A DNA stretch of 64,000 bases from Candidatus Eiseniibacteriota bacterium (GCA_044223005.1 JBGAML010000001.1:288001-352000), one strand, 5' to 3'. Shown: positions 18,655 to 28,777, counted from the stretch's first letter. The notes: generated from the letters alone by a model not told the origin. Numbers and translations: made by a program.

Positions 18655-20733
18655 TCATTGCGGCGGCGCGGCGCCGCCGGGCAGCATCGATTCGGCTTGC
18701 CGCAGCGCACCGAGCACGCGCTGGCGCTCGGCCGGCAACAGCGGGCCCGCGAGCGCGCGGGCGTACGCGTTCCGCGCACCGCTCGCGTCGCCGTACATGG
18801 CGCACGCGTCGCCCAGGCTCGCGGCCGCGTCGGCGCCACCACCCGAGCCGGCCGCCACCGCGAGCGCGACCGCGCCCGGCAGCGGCGCGCCGTGCGCGAG
18901 CAGCGCGCGGCCGAGCGCGGCGGTGGCCGCGGCATCGGCGGGATCGGCGAGCGCGCGCGTCGCGGCGCCCGCGAGCGCGGAGTCGGCGAGCAGGCCGGCC
19001 GCGTCCGCGGGCAGCACGCCGAGTGCGACGAGCAGCGTGCGCGGCTCGCGCGATTCGGCAGGCGCCGCGCGCCAGCGCTCGCGCGCGACGTCCCGCTGGC
19101 CGGCCTCGGCGTGCGCGGCGGCGCGCAGCCACGCGACCTGCGGCGCGGCGCCGGAGGAGAGCGCATCGAGGCACGCGTCCGCCACGTCGGGCCGGCCGCG
19201 CACGAACAGCTCGCGCGCGAGCGCGGCGCGCACGACGTCGTCCGCGCGCTGCCACTCGAACTGCACCTGCGCGTACTGGCAGCTGAGCAGCCCCAGCGGT
19301 CCGTGCACGTCGGCGACCGTGAGCGAGTCGAGCGATTTGACGATCGGCTCGGGCGCGCCCGCGGACATGCGCAGCGCCGGGCCGGTGACGCTGGCGAGCA
19401 GCGGGTTCTCGTCGGCGCCCACGGCCATGTTGACCGGCACCGAGCGCAGGTCGGGCACCGCCGGCGCCAGCGCGGCGAGAAAGCGATTCGTGAGCTCGGC
19501 CGTCTCGCGGAAGAACGCGTCGTTCACGTGCGCGTGCCGGCCGGCGCCCGTGGCGGACTCCACGGGGCGATAGACGACGTTGCTCGCGAGCGTCACCACC
19601 GCCAGCGCCGCGGCCAGCGCGCGCGCCGGCCACGCGCCCGCACGCGCGAGCGCGATCGCGCCGGCGAGCGCGGCGCCGAACGCCGACCACGCGAAGAAGT
19701 AGCCGCGCCAGCGGTCCATGACCACGGCCACGGGCAGCAGCCCGAGCACGACGGTCGCGAGCGCGAACGCGAGCGCGCGCCGCCGCGCGGGCGCCGCCGC
19801 CGCGTCGGCCTCGCCGTCGCGCGCGAACGCGAACGTCGCGGCGAGCGCCGCGGCCACGAGCGCGAGGCCGAGCAGCACGGGCAGCGTGCGCGCGGCCACG
19901 CCGAGACCGGGCATCGTCGAGGGCGGGAAGTACGTCGAGAGGAACGCGCCCGGCAGGCCGGCCGCGCTGCCCGCCTGGCGCAGCGACCACGCATAGCCCG
20001 CGACGTCGTTGCCGAAGCGCGCGCGCGTCACGACGTGCGCGGCCAACGCGAGCGCGAGCCCCATGAGCGCGGGAGCGAGCCGCGCGAACCGTGCGTGCAG
20101 CGGGCCGCGCGCGCCGGCGGTCCATTCGAACGCGGCGAGCATCGGCACGACCACCACGGCCGTCTCCTTGGAGAGCGTCGCGAGGAGGACCGCGACGCCG
20201 GCGGCGAGGAAGCGCCGCTGCTGGTGCAGCCACAGCGCGAGCACGCTCCAGAAGAGCGCGACCAGGTCCTGAGCGCAGGACACCCATGCGAGCAGCGCGC
20301 CGGTCGGCGGCCATGCGAGCCAGAGCAGCACGAACGTGCGCGCGATGCGCGTGCCGAGCCAGCGCTGCACGAACGCATACGCGAGGAAGAGCGTCCCGAG
20401 GTGGGTGATCGCGTTGACCGCGTGGTAGCCCGCGGCCTGGGGGCCGAACAGCCGGCCCCAGAGCCAGAACCAGAGCTCGCGCGAGACCGGGCGGTAGTAG
20501 CCGAGGATGCCGAACCGGCCGGTCAGCAGTTCCGGCAGGGAATGGTGCTGCGCCGCGTCGAGAAGCGTCCAGTCGTCGCCCACGAGGCCGATCGCCGCGC
20601 TGCGCGCGTAGAGCGCGAGCCCGAGCACGAGCGTCGCCGCGCCCCAGCCCCACGCGGCGCGCGAAGGCGGCGCTTCGGCGGCGGGCGCGGCGGGCGGAGC
20701 GACGGGCGCGGCACGGCGGGCGGAGCGTTTCAT
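18655..20733 (-). CDS. Multi-pass membrane protein, GT-C/TMTC-like, with C-terminal TPR-like region
   Basis: GDDW after TM1, YYRPV, YHAVNAITH, LSKETAVV, many TM helices, Ala-rich TPR-like tail. Confidence 0.7.
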   Translation of the reverse strand: MKRSARRAAPVAPPAAPAAEAPPSRAAWGWGAATLVLGLALYARSAAIGLVGDDWTLLDAAQHHSLPELLTGRFGILGYYRPVSRELWFWLWGRLFGPQAAGYHAVNAITHLGTLFLAYAFVQRWLGTRIARTFVLLWLAWPPTGALLAWVSCAQDLVALFWSVLALWLHQQRRFLAAGVAVLLATLSKETAVVVVPMLAAFEWTAGARGPLHARFARLAPALMGLALALAAHVVTRARFGNDVAGYAWSLRQAGSAAGLPGAFLSTYFPPSTMPGLGVAARTLPVLLGLALVAAALAATFAFARDGEADAAAAPARRRALAFALATVVLGLLPVAVVMDRWRGYFFAWSAFGAALAGAIALARAGAWPARALAAALAVVTLASNVVYRPVESATGAGRHAHVNDAFFRETAELTNRFLAALAPAVPDLRSVPVNMAVGADENPLLASVTGPALRMSAGAPEPIVKSLDSLTVADVHGPLGLLSCQYAQVQFEWQRADDVVRAALARELFVRGRPDVADACLDALSSGAAPQVAWLRAAAHAEAGQRDVARERWRAAPAESREPRTLLVALGVLPADAAGLLADSALAGAATRALADPADAAATAALGRALLAHGAPLPGAVALAVAAGSGGGADAAASLGDACAMYGDASGARNAYARALAGPLLPAERQRVLGALRQAESMLPGGAAPPQ

Positions 20734-20839
20734 GCGGGCACTGTAGCCCGCGGCGGCGCCTGCGCGCACGCGCGGCGCGAATCGCGGGCGCGACGCCGAA
20801 ACGCTTCCCACTCCCGCGCGAAGGCGCTACCTTGCGACC

Positions 20840-21373
20840 ATGCGACGTGCCGGCGCACTCCCCATCCATGCCTTGCTCCTGCTCGGCCTGGCGCTCGTGT
20901 CGTGGACGGGATGCGGCCGCCGGCACGATGCTCCGGCGACGAACGGGGACGGGCTCTCGTTCGAGAAGCTCGCGGACACGACCGGGCTCTCGGACGGGCC
21001 GCCGCTCGTGGAGAAGTTCGAGGTCCGCCGCCTGCCCGGGGGCTCGCTGCAGATCCTCGCGCGGCTCGGGTTCCCGAAGGGGACGCGCGTGCAGGTCGCG
21101 ATCCGGCGCCCGAACGTGCAGGCCGCCGTGGCGATGACGCAGTCGATCGTCGAGGCGGACCATTCGTTCGCGACGCCACCCATGATGAGCCCGCAGGGGC
21201 CGCTGCCGATCGCGACCTACCAGTTCGAGCTCACGGCCCAGTTCACGCCCGAGTGGCAGACCGCCGACGTGCTGCGCGCGACCGACAATGGCCGGGCACT
21301 GCGCGGACCCGGCATCACGCGCACCGGGGTCGGGGGCGCGATGTTCTGGACGGTCCAGGAGATGACGCGATGA
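20840..21373 (+). CDS. Hypothetical lipoprotein
   Basis: Lipobox-like WTGC; overlaps the start of the next gene. Confidence 0.7.
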   Translation: MRRAGALPIHALLLLGLALVSWTGCGRRHDAPATNGDGLSFEKLADTTGLSDGPPLVEKFEVRRLPGGSLQILARLGFPKGTRVQVAIRRPNVQAAVAMTQSIVEADHSFATPPMMSPQGPLPIATYQFELTAQFTPEWQTADVLRATDNGRALRGPGITRTGVGGAMFWTVQEMTR

Positions 21374-22647
21374 GTACCCGCGCCAACCGCCCGCCGGCGC
21401 TGCGCTACCGCACCGCAAGGCGCACCGACGTCGACACACTCGCGGACCTCGCGCTGCGGGCCTACCGCGTCTCGAGCCTCGAGGCGCGGCGCGAGTTCTT
21501 CACCGAGCACCCGCGCTTTTCCATCCGCGACGTGCGCGCCGGTGAGCTGGACGGCCAGCTGGTCGCCACGCTCGCGCTGTACCCGCTGCACGCGTTCGTG
21601 CGCGGCGAGCGGCTGCCCGTGACCGGCATCGGCTCGGTGGCCGTTTCGCCCGAGCACCGCCGCCGCGGCGTCGCCGAAGCGCTGCTGCGCGCCACGCTGC
21701 GCGAGCTGCGCCAGCGCGGCGATGCGTTCTGCATGCTGTATTCGTTCCGCGCCGACTTCTACCGGCGCTACGGCTTCGGGCTCGTCGAGCGCACGAACAT
21801 GCTGTCGGTGCCGCCCGCGGCGCTGCCCGCGTCGGAAGAAGCGCGGCAGGTGCGTCGCATGCAGCTGCCCGACCGGCCCGCCGTGCGCGAGCTCTACGAC
21901 CGGCACGTGCGCGAGGCCGGGCACTTCGCGCTCGAGCGCCGCCCCGAGTGGTGGGAGAAGCGCCTCTGGGGCTACGAAGGCGACTGGGTCGTCTACGAGG
22001 GCAAGCGGCGCGGGCAGATCGAGGGCTACCTGCAGTACCAGGTCGACAGCGGCGAAGGCCCGTGGAAGCTGGTGCTCAGCGTGAACGAGTTCGTGGCCGC
22101 GACGCCCGCGGCGCACGCCGGCCTCTGGGGCTACCTGCACGCGCAGCGCGACCAGGCGGTGGAGGTGGTCGCGTGCGTGCCCGGCGATTCGCTCTGGCTC
22201 ACGCAGCTCGCCGATGCCGCCAACCTGCGCGGCGAAATGAAGCTCGGCGTGCACCGCTCGAGCGGGCACCTCGGCTACGGCGCCATGCTGCGGCTGATCG
22301 ACGTGAAGGCCGCCCTCGAGGCGCTGCCCGTGACGCCGCAGGCGCGCGGCGAGCTCACGCTGGAAGTGCGCGATGCGATCCTGCCCGGCAACGCGCGCGC
22401 ATGGCGGCTCGTGGCGCGCGACGGGCGCGTGAGCGTGAAGCCCGAGCACTCCGGCACGCGCCCGCGCAAGGCGCTGCCGCGCCTCGTCGCCGACGTGGAG
22501 CCGCTCGCGGCGATCGTCGCCGGCACGCTCTCGCCGATGCGCGCGGCCGAAGCCGGGCTCGTCGAGGACGTGCGCGGCGCGGCCGAGCTGCTCGAGCCGT
22601 GGTGGCGGTCGCGCCCCGTGTTCCTGCACCCGATGAACGCGTTCTGA
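21370..22647 (+). CDS. Eis-like GNAT acetyltransferase with C-terminal SCP2-like domain
   Basis: GIGSVAVSPEHRRRGVA, FYRRYGF, MLRLIDVKAALE, D.ILPGN; ends in F. Confidence 0.9.
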   Translation: MSTRANRPPALRYRTARRTDVDTLADLALRAYRVSSLEARREFFTEHPRFSIRDVRAGELDGQLVATLALYPLHAFVRGERLPVTGIGSVAVSPEHRRRGVAEALLRATLRELRQRGDAFCMLYSFRADFYRRYGFGLVERTNMLSVPPAALPASEEARQVRRMQLPDRPAVRELYDRHVREAGHFALERRPEWWEKRLWGYEGDWVVYEGKRRGQIEGYLQYQVDSGEGPWKLVLSVNEFVAATPAAHAGLWGYLHAQRDQAVEVVACVPGDSLWLTQLADAANLRGEMKLGVHRSSGHLGYGAMLRLIDVKAALEALPVTPQARGELTLEVRDAILPGNARAWRLVARDGRVSVKPEHSGTRPRKALPRLVADVEPLAAIVAGTLSPMRAAEAGLVEDVRGAAELLEPWWRSRPVFLHPMNAF

Positions 22648-22666
22648 AACCTCCTCGGAGAGATTC

Positions 22667-23101
22667 GTGAGCGAGACGAACTGGACCCTCGTGGCGCCGC
22701 TGCGCCCCCGCTTCCGTGACACCGACGCGATGGGTCACATCAACAACGCCGTGTACGTCACGTACCTGGAGGTCGCCCGCCAGGAGTACTGGCGCGCGTT
22801 CCGCGGCGACGACAACTACCGCGTGGTGCCGTTCATCCTGGCGCGGGTCGAGATCGACTACCGCTCCGAAGCGCTCATGCACGAGACGCTCGAGCTCTGC
22901 ATCCGCTGTTCGTGGGTGGGCGGCAAGTCGTTCGGGTTCGACTACGTGATCCGCGCGGCGGCCGACCACCGGCTGGTGGTGGAAGCGAAGACGGTGCTGG
23001 TGTTCTACGACTACGAGAAGAAGCAGAGCATTCCGTGTCCGCCGGAGATGCGCGAGCGCCTCGAAGCGTTCGAGGGCCGTTCGCTGGCGCGTCCCGCCTG
23101 A
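22667..23101 (+). CDS. Acyl-CoA thioesterase (4HBT/FadM family)
   Basis: RFRDTDAMGHINNAVYVTYLEVAR. Confidence 0.92.
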   Translation: MSETNWTLVAPLRPRFRDTDAMGHINNAVYVTYLEVARQEYWRAFRGDDNYRVVPFILARVEIDYRSEALMHETLELCIRCSWVGGKSFGFDYVIRAAADHRLVVEAKTVLVFYDYEKKQSIPCPPEMRERLEAFEGRSLARPA

Positions 23102-23144
23102 AGCCATTCGCGGCCGCGAGCTGCGGCCCGACCGGAGGTGCGCG

Positions 23145-23495
23145 ATGAAGGATCGTCCGCAGGGCGCGAAGCTGTCGCGCCGCCGCTTCGTCACGATGGT
23201 GGCTGCCGGCTCGGCCGCCGTGATCGCGAGCCCGCTCGCCACCGCCACAGGCGCCGCGCCCGCGCGACGCACGCCGATCGGCAAGCCGCCGATGAAGCCG
23301 AAGGTGCCCGCGGCGCCCGTCGCTCCCGTCCCCGCTCCCGGGACCGAGTTGGGCGAACTCGACCGCAAGGAGCTGGAGCGGCAGAAGCAGTCGACGCTCG
23401 ACACGCTCGCGACGATCCGCAAGCACGCGATGCCCGCCGGCACCGAGCTGGGGTTCGTCTTCCGGCCGCTCAAGCCTTCGCGAAAGGGGCGCTGA
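23145..23495 (+). CDS. Small Tat-signal protein, probable amidase partner
   Basis: GGAGG RBS; LSRRRFVTMVAAG; C-terminal TLATIRKHAMPAGTELGFVFRP. Confidence 0.7.
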   Translation: MKDRPQGAKLSRRRFVTMVAAGSAAVIASPLATATGAAPARRTPIGKPPMKPKVPAAPVAPVPAPGTELGELDRKELERQKQSTLDTLATIRKHAMPAGTELGFVFRPLKPSRKGR

Positions 23496-23496
23496 C

Positions 23497-24897
23497 ATGC
23501 TCTCCGAAGAGATCTTCTTCGCGCCGGTCACCGAGCTCTCCGAGAAGATCCGCAATCGCCAGCTCTCGCCCGTCGAGCTGACGCAGGGCTATCTCGACCG
23601 CATCAAGAAGTACAACGACCGCTTCAATGCGTTCGTCACCGTCACCGCCGACCAGGCGCTGCTGCAGGCGCGCACCGCCGAATCGCAGATCGCGCAGGGC
23701 CGTTGGCGCGGACCGCTGCACGGCATTCCGTGGGGCGCCAAGGACCTGCTCGCCACCAAGGGCGTGCCGACCGGCTGGGGCACGCGCTTCCTCGCGAACC
23801 AGGTGTTCGACTACGACGCCACCGTGGTGAAGCGCCTCAACGACGCCGGCGCCGTGATGCTCGGCAAGACGCACTGCGTCGAGTTCGCCGGTTGCCTCGG
23901 CTACCGCTTCCCCGACGCATCGGTCGCCGGCCCCGGCCGCAATCCGTGGAACGCCGAGCACTGGACCGGCGGCTCGTCGAGCGGCTCCGGCGCCGCCGTG
24001 GCCGCGGGCCTCGCCGCGTTCGCGCTCGGCACCGAGACGTGGGGCTCGATCCTCTGCCCGTCCGCATTCTGCGGCCTCTCGGGCCTGCGGCCCACGTACG
24101 GACTCGTCTCGCGCGCCGGCGGCATGGTGGGCGCGTACACGTTCGACAAGATCGGCCCGCTCGCGCGCACGGCCGCCGACTGCCGCCTCGTGCTCGACGC
24201 GATCCAGGGCCCCGACCCGCTCGACCCCACGTCGTCGGGCGAACGCGTGAACCTGCGCCCGAGCGGCAAGCCGCTCTCGCAGATCCGCGCCGCGCTGATC
24301 CCGCTCGACTGGAGCAGGACCGGCGAGCCCGAGGCCAAGGCCGCCTTCGACGCCGCCGTGAACGTGCTGCGCGCCGCCGGGCTCAAGCTGGAGGAGGCCA
24401 CGTTCCCCGACTACCCCGCGAGCGAGGTGTCCGGGCTACTCATCACCGTGGAAGCGCTCGCCGCGTTCGAGCCGTTCTTCCAGAACGGCGCCGTGACGCA
24501 GCTCGTCGACAAGCTCGCGCGACACCAGTGGGACATCGCGCAGCCCATCACCGGCGCCGACACGATGAAGGCGTGGCGCATGCGGCGCGAGCTGCAGGAG
24601 ATCGTCGCGAAGTGGTTCGAGAAGTACGACGTGATCGTGACGCCGAACTTCAAGAGCGTCGCGCCGCGCGCCGACGACGACTTGAACGCCGCGCTCGCCT
24701 ACGCCGACCCCGCCGGCGCGATCGGCGTGGGCTGCGGCCTGCCCGCACTCGCGTTGCCCACCGGCTTCGGCAAGGCGCACCTGCCCGTGAGCATGCAGGT
24801 CATGGGCCCGCCGTTCTCGGAAGAGACGCTGCTCGAGATCGGTGACGCGTTCCAGAAGGCGACTTCGTTCCACAAGGAGCATGCGGCGGTGGCGTAG
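23497..24897 (+). CDS. Amidase signature family enzyme (GatA/AtzE-like)
   Basis: GPLHGIPWGAKDL, GKT, GGSSSGSGAAVAAG, GTETWGSILCPS. Confidence 0.93.
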   Translation: MLSEEIFFAPVTELSEKIRNRQLSPVELTQGYLDRIKKYNDRFNAFVTVTADQALLQARTAESQIAQGRWRGPLHGIPWGAKDLLATKGVPTGWGTRFLANQVFDYDATVVKRLNDAGAVMLGKTHCVEFAGCLGYRFPDASVAGPGRNPWNAEHWTGGSSSGSGAAVAAGLAAFALGTETWGSILCPSAFCGLSGLRPTYGLVSRAGGMVGAYTFDKIGPLARTAADCRLVLDAIQGPDPLDPTSSGERVNLRPSGKPLSQIRAALIPLDWSRTGEPEAKAAFDAAVNVLRAAGLKLEEATFPDYPASEVSGLLITVEALAAFEPFFQNGAVTQLVDKLARHQWDIAQPITGADTMKAWRMRRELQEIVAKWFEKYDVIVTPNFKSVAPRADDDLNAALAYADPAGAIGVGCGLPALALPTGFGKAHLPVSMQVMGPPFSEETLLEIGDAFQKATSFHKEHAAVA

Positions 24898-24926
24898 CTC
24901 CCCATCCCTCCGGGGAGGACCGCATC

Positions 24927-25403
24927 ATGAAGTTCGTCTCGAAGCTGGCTCTTGCCGCATGCGCGATCGGCCTGCTCGGCGCCGCGCAGGCTTCGTCGGT
25001 TCATGCCGCCGCGACGTGCACCGTGCGGCTCGGCCTGAACGGCGGCACGCACGTGGTGGTCCACGACCAGGTCGGGCGCGTGATCGGCGACGTGCCCCAG
25101 GGCGCGCTGCGGATCCCGCGCGCCGAATCCCAGTCGCGACTCGACGGCGTCGACTTCGCGATCATCGACCCGCCGCCGGGATTCCTGGTCGTCGAGTGCA
25201 CGGCGACGCAGTCCACCGTCGCGCTCGCCGCCAGCACCACCTGCGCCGACGGCAACCTCGCCACGAGCCGAAGCACCGACGTCACGGCCGGCCAGCGCGT
25301 GGTCTTCAACGTCCGCTGGCAACCCGCCCGCGGCAAAGCCCCCGCGATCCTGAAGGTCCACATCGCGCAGAACGGGGCGCCCGCCGGCAAGCGGGGGCGG
25401 TGA
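24927..25403 (+). CDS. Secreted hypothetical protein
   Basis: GGAGGA RBS; signal peptide MKFVSKLALAACAIG...VHA; host-like codon usage. Confidence 0.65.
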   Translation: MKFVSKLALAACAIGLLGAAQASSVHAAATCTVRLGLNGGTHVVVHDQVGRVIGDVPQGALRIPRAESQSRLDGVDFAIIDPPPGFLVVECTATQSTVALAASTTCADGNLATSRSTDVTAGQRVVFNVRWQPARGKAPAILKVHIAQNGAPAGKRGR

Positions 25404-25571
25404 AAGCACTCGCCTCAAGTTCCAAGCGTCCAGCGAATGTCCAACAATCTCAGGTCGCGCCAGCCCTGGAAGGCGTGTCGATGGAGGGTGGGCGCCGAGG
25501 CCCCTCAGTCATTGGCCGTTCATTGAGTTGGCGCGCCATGATGCTCAGGCCGGTCTGTGAGTGCTGAGAAA

Positions 25572-25762
25572 GGTCCGAAGCGCCAGCTCGGTCAGGTCCA
25601 GATCGCGGGCAACTGCTCCGGCCGACTTGCCCTCCCCGAGGACGAGCCGGACCGCGCCCGCCTTGAATTCCTCACCGAACACTCGCCGCCGGCGGCAACC
25701 ACCGTCCTGTCCATGCTGGATATCGTAGACGCCTTTCGGAAAGTGTCTACGTGAACGGGTCA
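25572..25762 (-). pseudogene. IS3-family remnant: left end plus truncated OrfA (HTH_Tnp_1)
   Basis: Minus strand begins TGACCCGTTCACGTAGACACTT (TG...TAGACA, IS3-like end) and encodes RRRRVFGEEFKAGAVRLVLGEGKSAGAVARDLDLTELALR. The likely native ATG (25714) is out of frame, and there is no OrfB. Confidence 0.8.
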
Positions 25763-26026
25763 AGCCCACCCAAGCGGTTCAGCCACCTTCGAGCAGAGGC
25801 GCGGCCAATGCTTGCCGACTGTGCAGCCGCGGTGGCGCTCCAGCGGTGATCACGTACCCGTGCGACAAGCAGGACTCGCCTCGCCGGGAACGTCCGCGCC
25901 CCACTTTGGAGGTCCATCCGGAGCTCCTCGGAGTCTGTTGTTGGAAGGCCTAGAGACCTCCAACGTCAGACACCACGGCCCCGGCCAAACAGAGATCGAC
26001 TGTAACAAATTGGCGAGACTTCACAG

Positions 26027-28777
26027 CTAGGGCGTGTTCCCTTGCCCAAACTTGGCGCGAACCCACGCCGGGAGATTATCAGGGTCCATAAGCAGCACCC
26101 CGTCACACGCAATTGGCCCGCGAGATACAATCTCTTTCAGGAAGGCCTCCTGCGTGTCCCGTGCAATCCGAATAAGAGGTGCCGCATCTACCGTCGGGAC
26201 ATAGGTTGGATCAACGGCCCGGGCGGATTCGCCAGCCCCCCTGGTAAATCGGAGGTTCTTTGCCAAGCCATCACGGAATAGCGCCTCATCTGGCATCATA
26301 ACCACAGCGTAGCTCAGCCAAGGCGTGGCCTCATCGCGGCGCTCCACATTGTGGAGAACCTGCCCAACGCGGAACGCCCCCTCTGCACTCGTTCGATCTC
26401 TATCGAACCCGGTCATGGCGAGCTTGACGCGTCGTCCAGCCTCAAGGCTTTCGTCATCAGCCCACCAACAGGCCTGCACCTCTTCCGCAGCGGCAATGAT
26501 TGCGGCGTCATACACGGCTTGGGCCAACTCCCCACGACCGGCAGCACGGAGCACTCTCGCAAGATTCCGCACCATCCCGGACTCGGCCCGCCCCGAAGGG
26601 GTCCGAACTGCCGCCAACGCTAGCCTCAACCCCTCCTCATGCAGCTTGAGACGCACAAGCGCATCTTCTGCCGCCGCAACAGCGCTTGGATAGAGCGCCT
26701 CGGTGAAGCGATCATCCAAAGCAAACGCATCGCTCTGCAACCCTTCAACCGTGCGCCCAATTGCCTCAAGTACAACCGTCAGGCCCTGCCGGATAACACG
26801 TTCGTCATTGGCCCGTATGAGTTCTCGACCGCAGACTATCCGCGTATGAATCTCGCCAGCCGGTACTCGTCTCATGAATACGTCAGCAATGGCGAGCCGG
26901 AGCGCTGTATTGGCTCCAACTCGATCTGCGATCAAGACGGCCGTTGTCATTTCAGCACCGCTCAGCTCAGGATGCACGGCAGCCGCACAAAGAAGCCACT
27001 CATTGTCGCGCTTTGCTCGCTCCCCGCCCTGCGCAACCAACACCTCCAACAACGCACGGCAGGTCGGGGTCCAACCAGACCGCGCGAACACCTCGACAGC
27101 GACCACTGGGGCAACCGTCCGCAGCGTGTCGGCAACAATCCCGGGAATGGCAACTGTGCCCCCGATATTTTGTTGCCACGCTGCCACAACTTCCTGCACG
27201 CGCTCCCGGTTCTGAGGTGACGCTTCGCGCGCTCGCGACTCACGGAGAGGCCTGCCGCCTGTCGGCTCCTCGATTTCTGGGCTGGAACGCCAGTCCGAGA
27301 GGGCTGGGGGCAGAATTGATTCGACGGCCAGCAGGGCCGAGCGAGTCGCCGCTAGGTTCTCCCCAAGCCTTGGGCCCGCCTTCAGGAATTCAACCAGCAT
27401 GCCGGGCGCAGGCCTTTCCCCGAGCTCAAACGTCCTCAACTCCGGATCAAAGTAGAGAAATGGGACGGACGCGCCCTCAAGAGCCCGCACCTCGCACGTG
27501 ACCAGCTGCCTCGGATCCGGCCGCCTTGCTGGCGCGTAGTAGTACACTAGTCGTGCGGCCAGACCAAAGGCGGCCACTTTTGTTAGGTACTGTTGTGCAA
27601 TGGCTTGATTTCCAAGCGCGGCCAGACCTTCCCAGGGCGGCTCTCCGTCCGCAGCCCGGAAGCGTTCAATAATTCCAGCGACCGCGCCGGCAAAGAGCTT
27701 TATGTGTCGAGGATTGCGGCCATACGCATCACGAATGAATTCACCGAGCCCTTGGTAGTAGGACCCGCTCGGCAACAAAGATTCCAGCCATCGGTTAAGA
27801 TCCACATCTGAAGGCTCAGGCGGTCGCATTCTTCTGAAGAACATCTTCTCCATCCACATCCTGGCTTGCTCAGCATACGCCCAAGCGTGCGGACTTGGCC
27901 CAGCACCTGCCCCGAGCCCCCCCTTCTCAAGAAAATCCCGTTCTACCACACGCATTACCACTGTTGCGTTCATCGGGTATACAAGAAGCGCCCCCCACCT
28001 CTCAAGCATAGTCCTGTGTAGATCGAACACGCCCATCAAGACGTCGTGGCCGCACCGATCGACGTCATCAATGACAAAAAGAATTCTCGCCGTACCCCCT
28101 CTGCCCAGAATGCCATAACGCACGCTTTCGATAAGCTCGTGGAACTCTTTCGGCGTCCACGGACCCGAACGGTCAGCCCACACTGCCAGCCACGCCCTTG
28201 CGTCTTCGATCAGTCTCTTCTCAACGCGCTTCAAAGTCCTCGGATCGTCATGCGGTGCGTCCGGCGGAAGAACGGGCCGTAGCGGATGCACCTCGGGGTC
28301 GTGGGCGTCGTTTGCCCCCGACGACGCCAACAGGCGCTTCGCCACGTGTACGGCCGCCCCAAGCAGGCTATCGCTGACAAACGGCAGGACATCGGCCCGC
28401 GTCCCGATCATTGACGTGTCAATCCAGATGGTAAGGACGCCGTTCTTGAGCCCAAGATCGTTCTTTGCGAGGCCCGACTGAATTAGGCGTGCCAGAGAAC
28501 TCTTCCCCGACCCCCACGCGCCGTCGATACAGAGCGTAAACGGCGTCTCAAGCTCCGGCGACAGGATGAGATTCTGGATCCCCTTAGCAATGTGTTGGAA
28601 TCCGAACCAGTCCTCCTGGTCACGACCGATTGGGCGATCGCTCAGCGCTGCCGTGTTCCCCCTCGCCGAAGACGCAAGCGCCTGAACTGCATTGTCCGCC
28701 GCTCGGCCGGCCTCTTGATATGCGAGCGCCCGATCAGCATCGAGATGTGCAAGCTGAAGCTCCCAAATTCGACTCAC
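26027..28777 (-). CDS. KAP family P-loop NTPase with long C-terminal helical/TPR-like region
   Basis: SDRPI...DWFGF; Walker A IDGAWGSGKSS; Walker B ILFVIDDVDRC; MEKMF; RNPRHIK; GAAGGGGG RBS + GTG. Confidence 0.88.
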   Translation of the reverse strand: MSRIWELQLAHLDADRALAYQEAGRAADNAVQALASSARGNTAALSDRPIGRDQEDWFGFQHIAKGIQNLILSPELETPFTLCIDGAWGSGKSSLARLIQSGLAKNDLGLKNGVLTIWIDTSMIGTRADVLPFVSDSLLGAAVHVAKRLLASSGANDAHDPEVHPLRPVLPPDAPHDDPRTLKRVEKRLIEDARAWLAVWADRSGPWTPKEFHELIESVRYGILGRGGTARILFVIDDVDRCGHDVLMGVFDLHRTMLERWGALLVYPMNATVVMRVVERDFLEKGGLGAGAGPSPHAWAYAEQARMWMEKMFFRRMRPPEPSDVDLNRWLESLLPSGSYYQGLGEFIRDAYGRNPRHIKLFAGAVAGIIERFRAADGEPPWEGLAALGNQAIAQQYLTKVAAFGLAARLVYYYAPARRPDPRQLVTCEVRALEGASVPFLYFDPELRTFELGERPAPGMLVEFLKAGPRLGENLAATRSALLAVESILPPALSDWRSSPEIEEPTGGRPLRESRAREASPQNRERVQEVVAAWQQNIGGTVAIPGIVADTLRTVAPVVAVEVFARSGWTPTCRALLEVLVAQGGERAKRDNEWLLCAAAVHPELSGAEMTTAVLIADRVGANTALRLAIADVFMRRVPAGEIHTRIVCGRELIRANDERVIRQGLTVVLEAIGRTVEGLQSDAFALDDRFTEALYPSAVAAAEDALVRLKLHEEGLRLALAAVRTPSGRAESGMVRNLARVLRAAGRGELAQAVYDAAIIAAAEEVQACWWADDESLEAGRRVKLAMTGFDRDRTSAEGAFRVGQVLHNVERRDEATPWLSYAVVMMPDEALFRDGLAKNLRFTRGAGESARAVDPTYVPTVDAAPLIRIARDTQEAFLKEIVSRGPIACDGVLLMDPDNLPAWVRAKFGQGNTP

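Noticed and set aside
25940..25964. GTTGGA...TCCAAC inverted motif resembling integron attC core sites
   Set aside because: The orientation is the reverse of attC (RYYYAAC...GTTRRRY), it is too short, and there are no L boxes or integrase.
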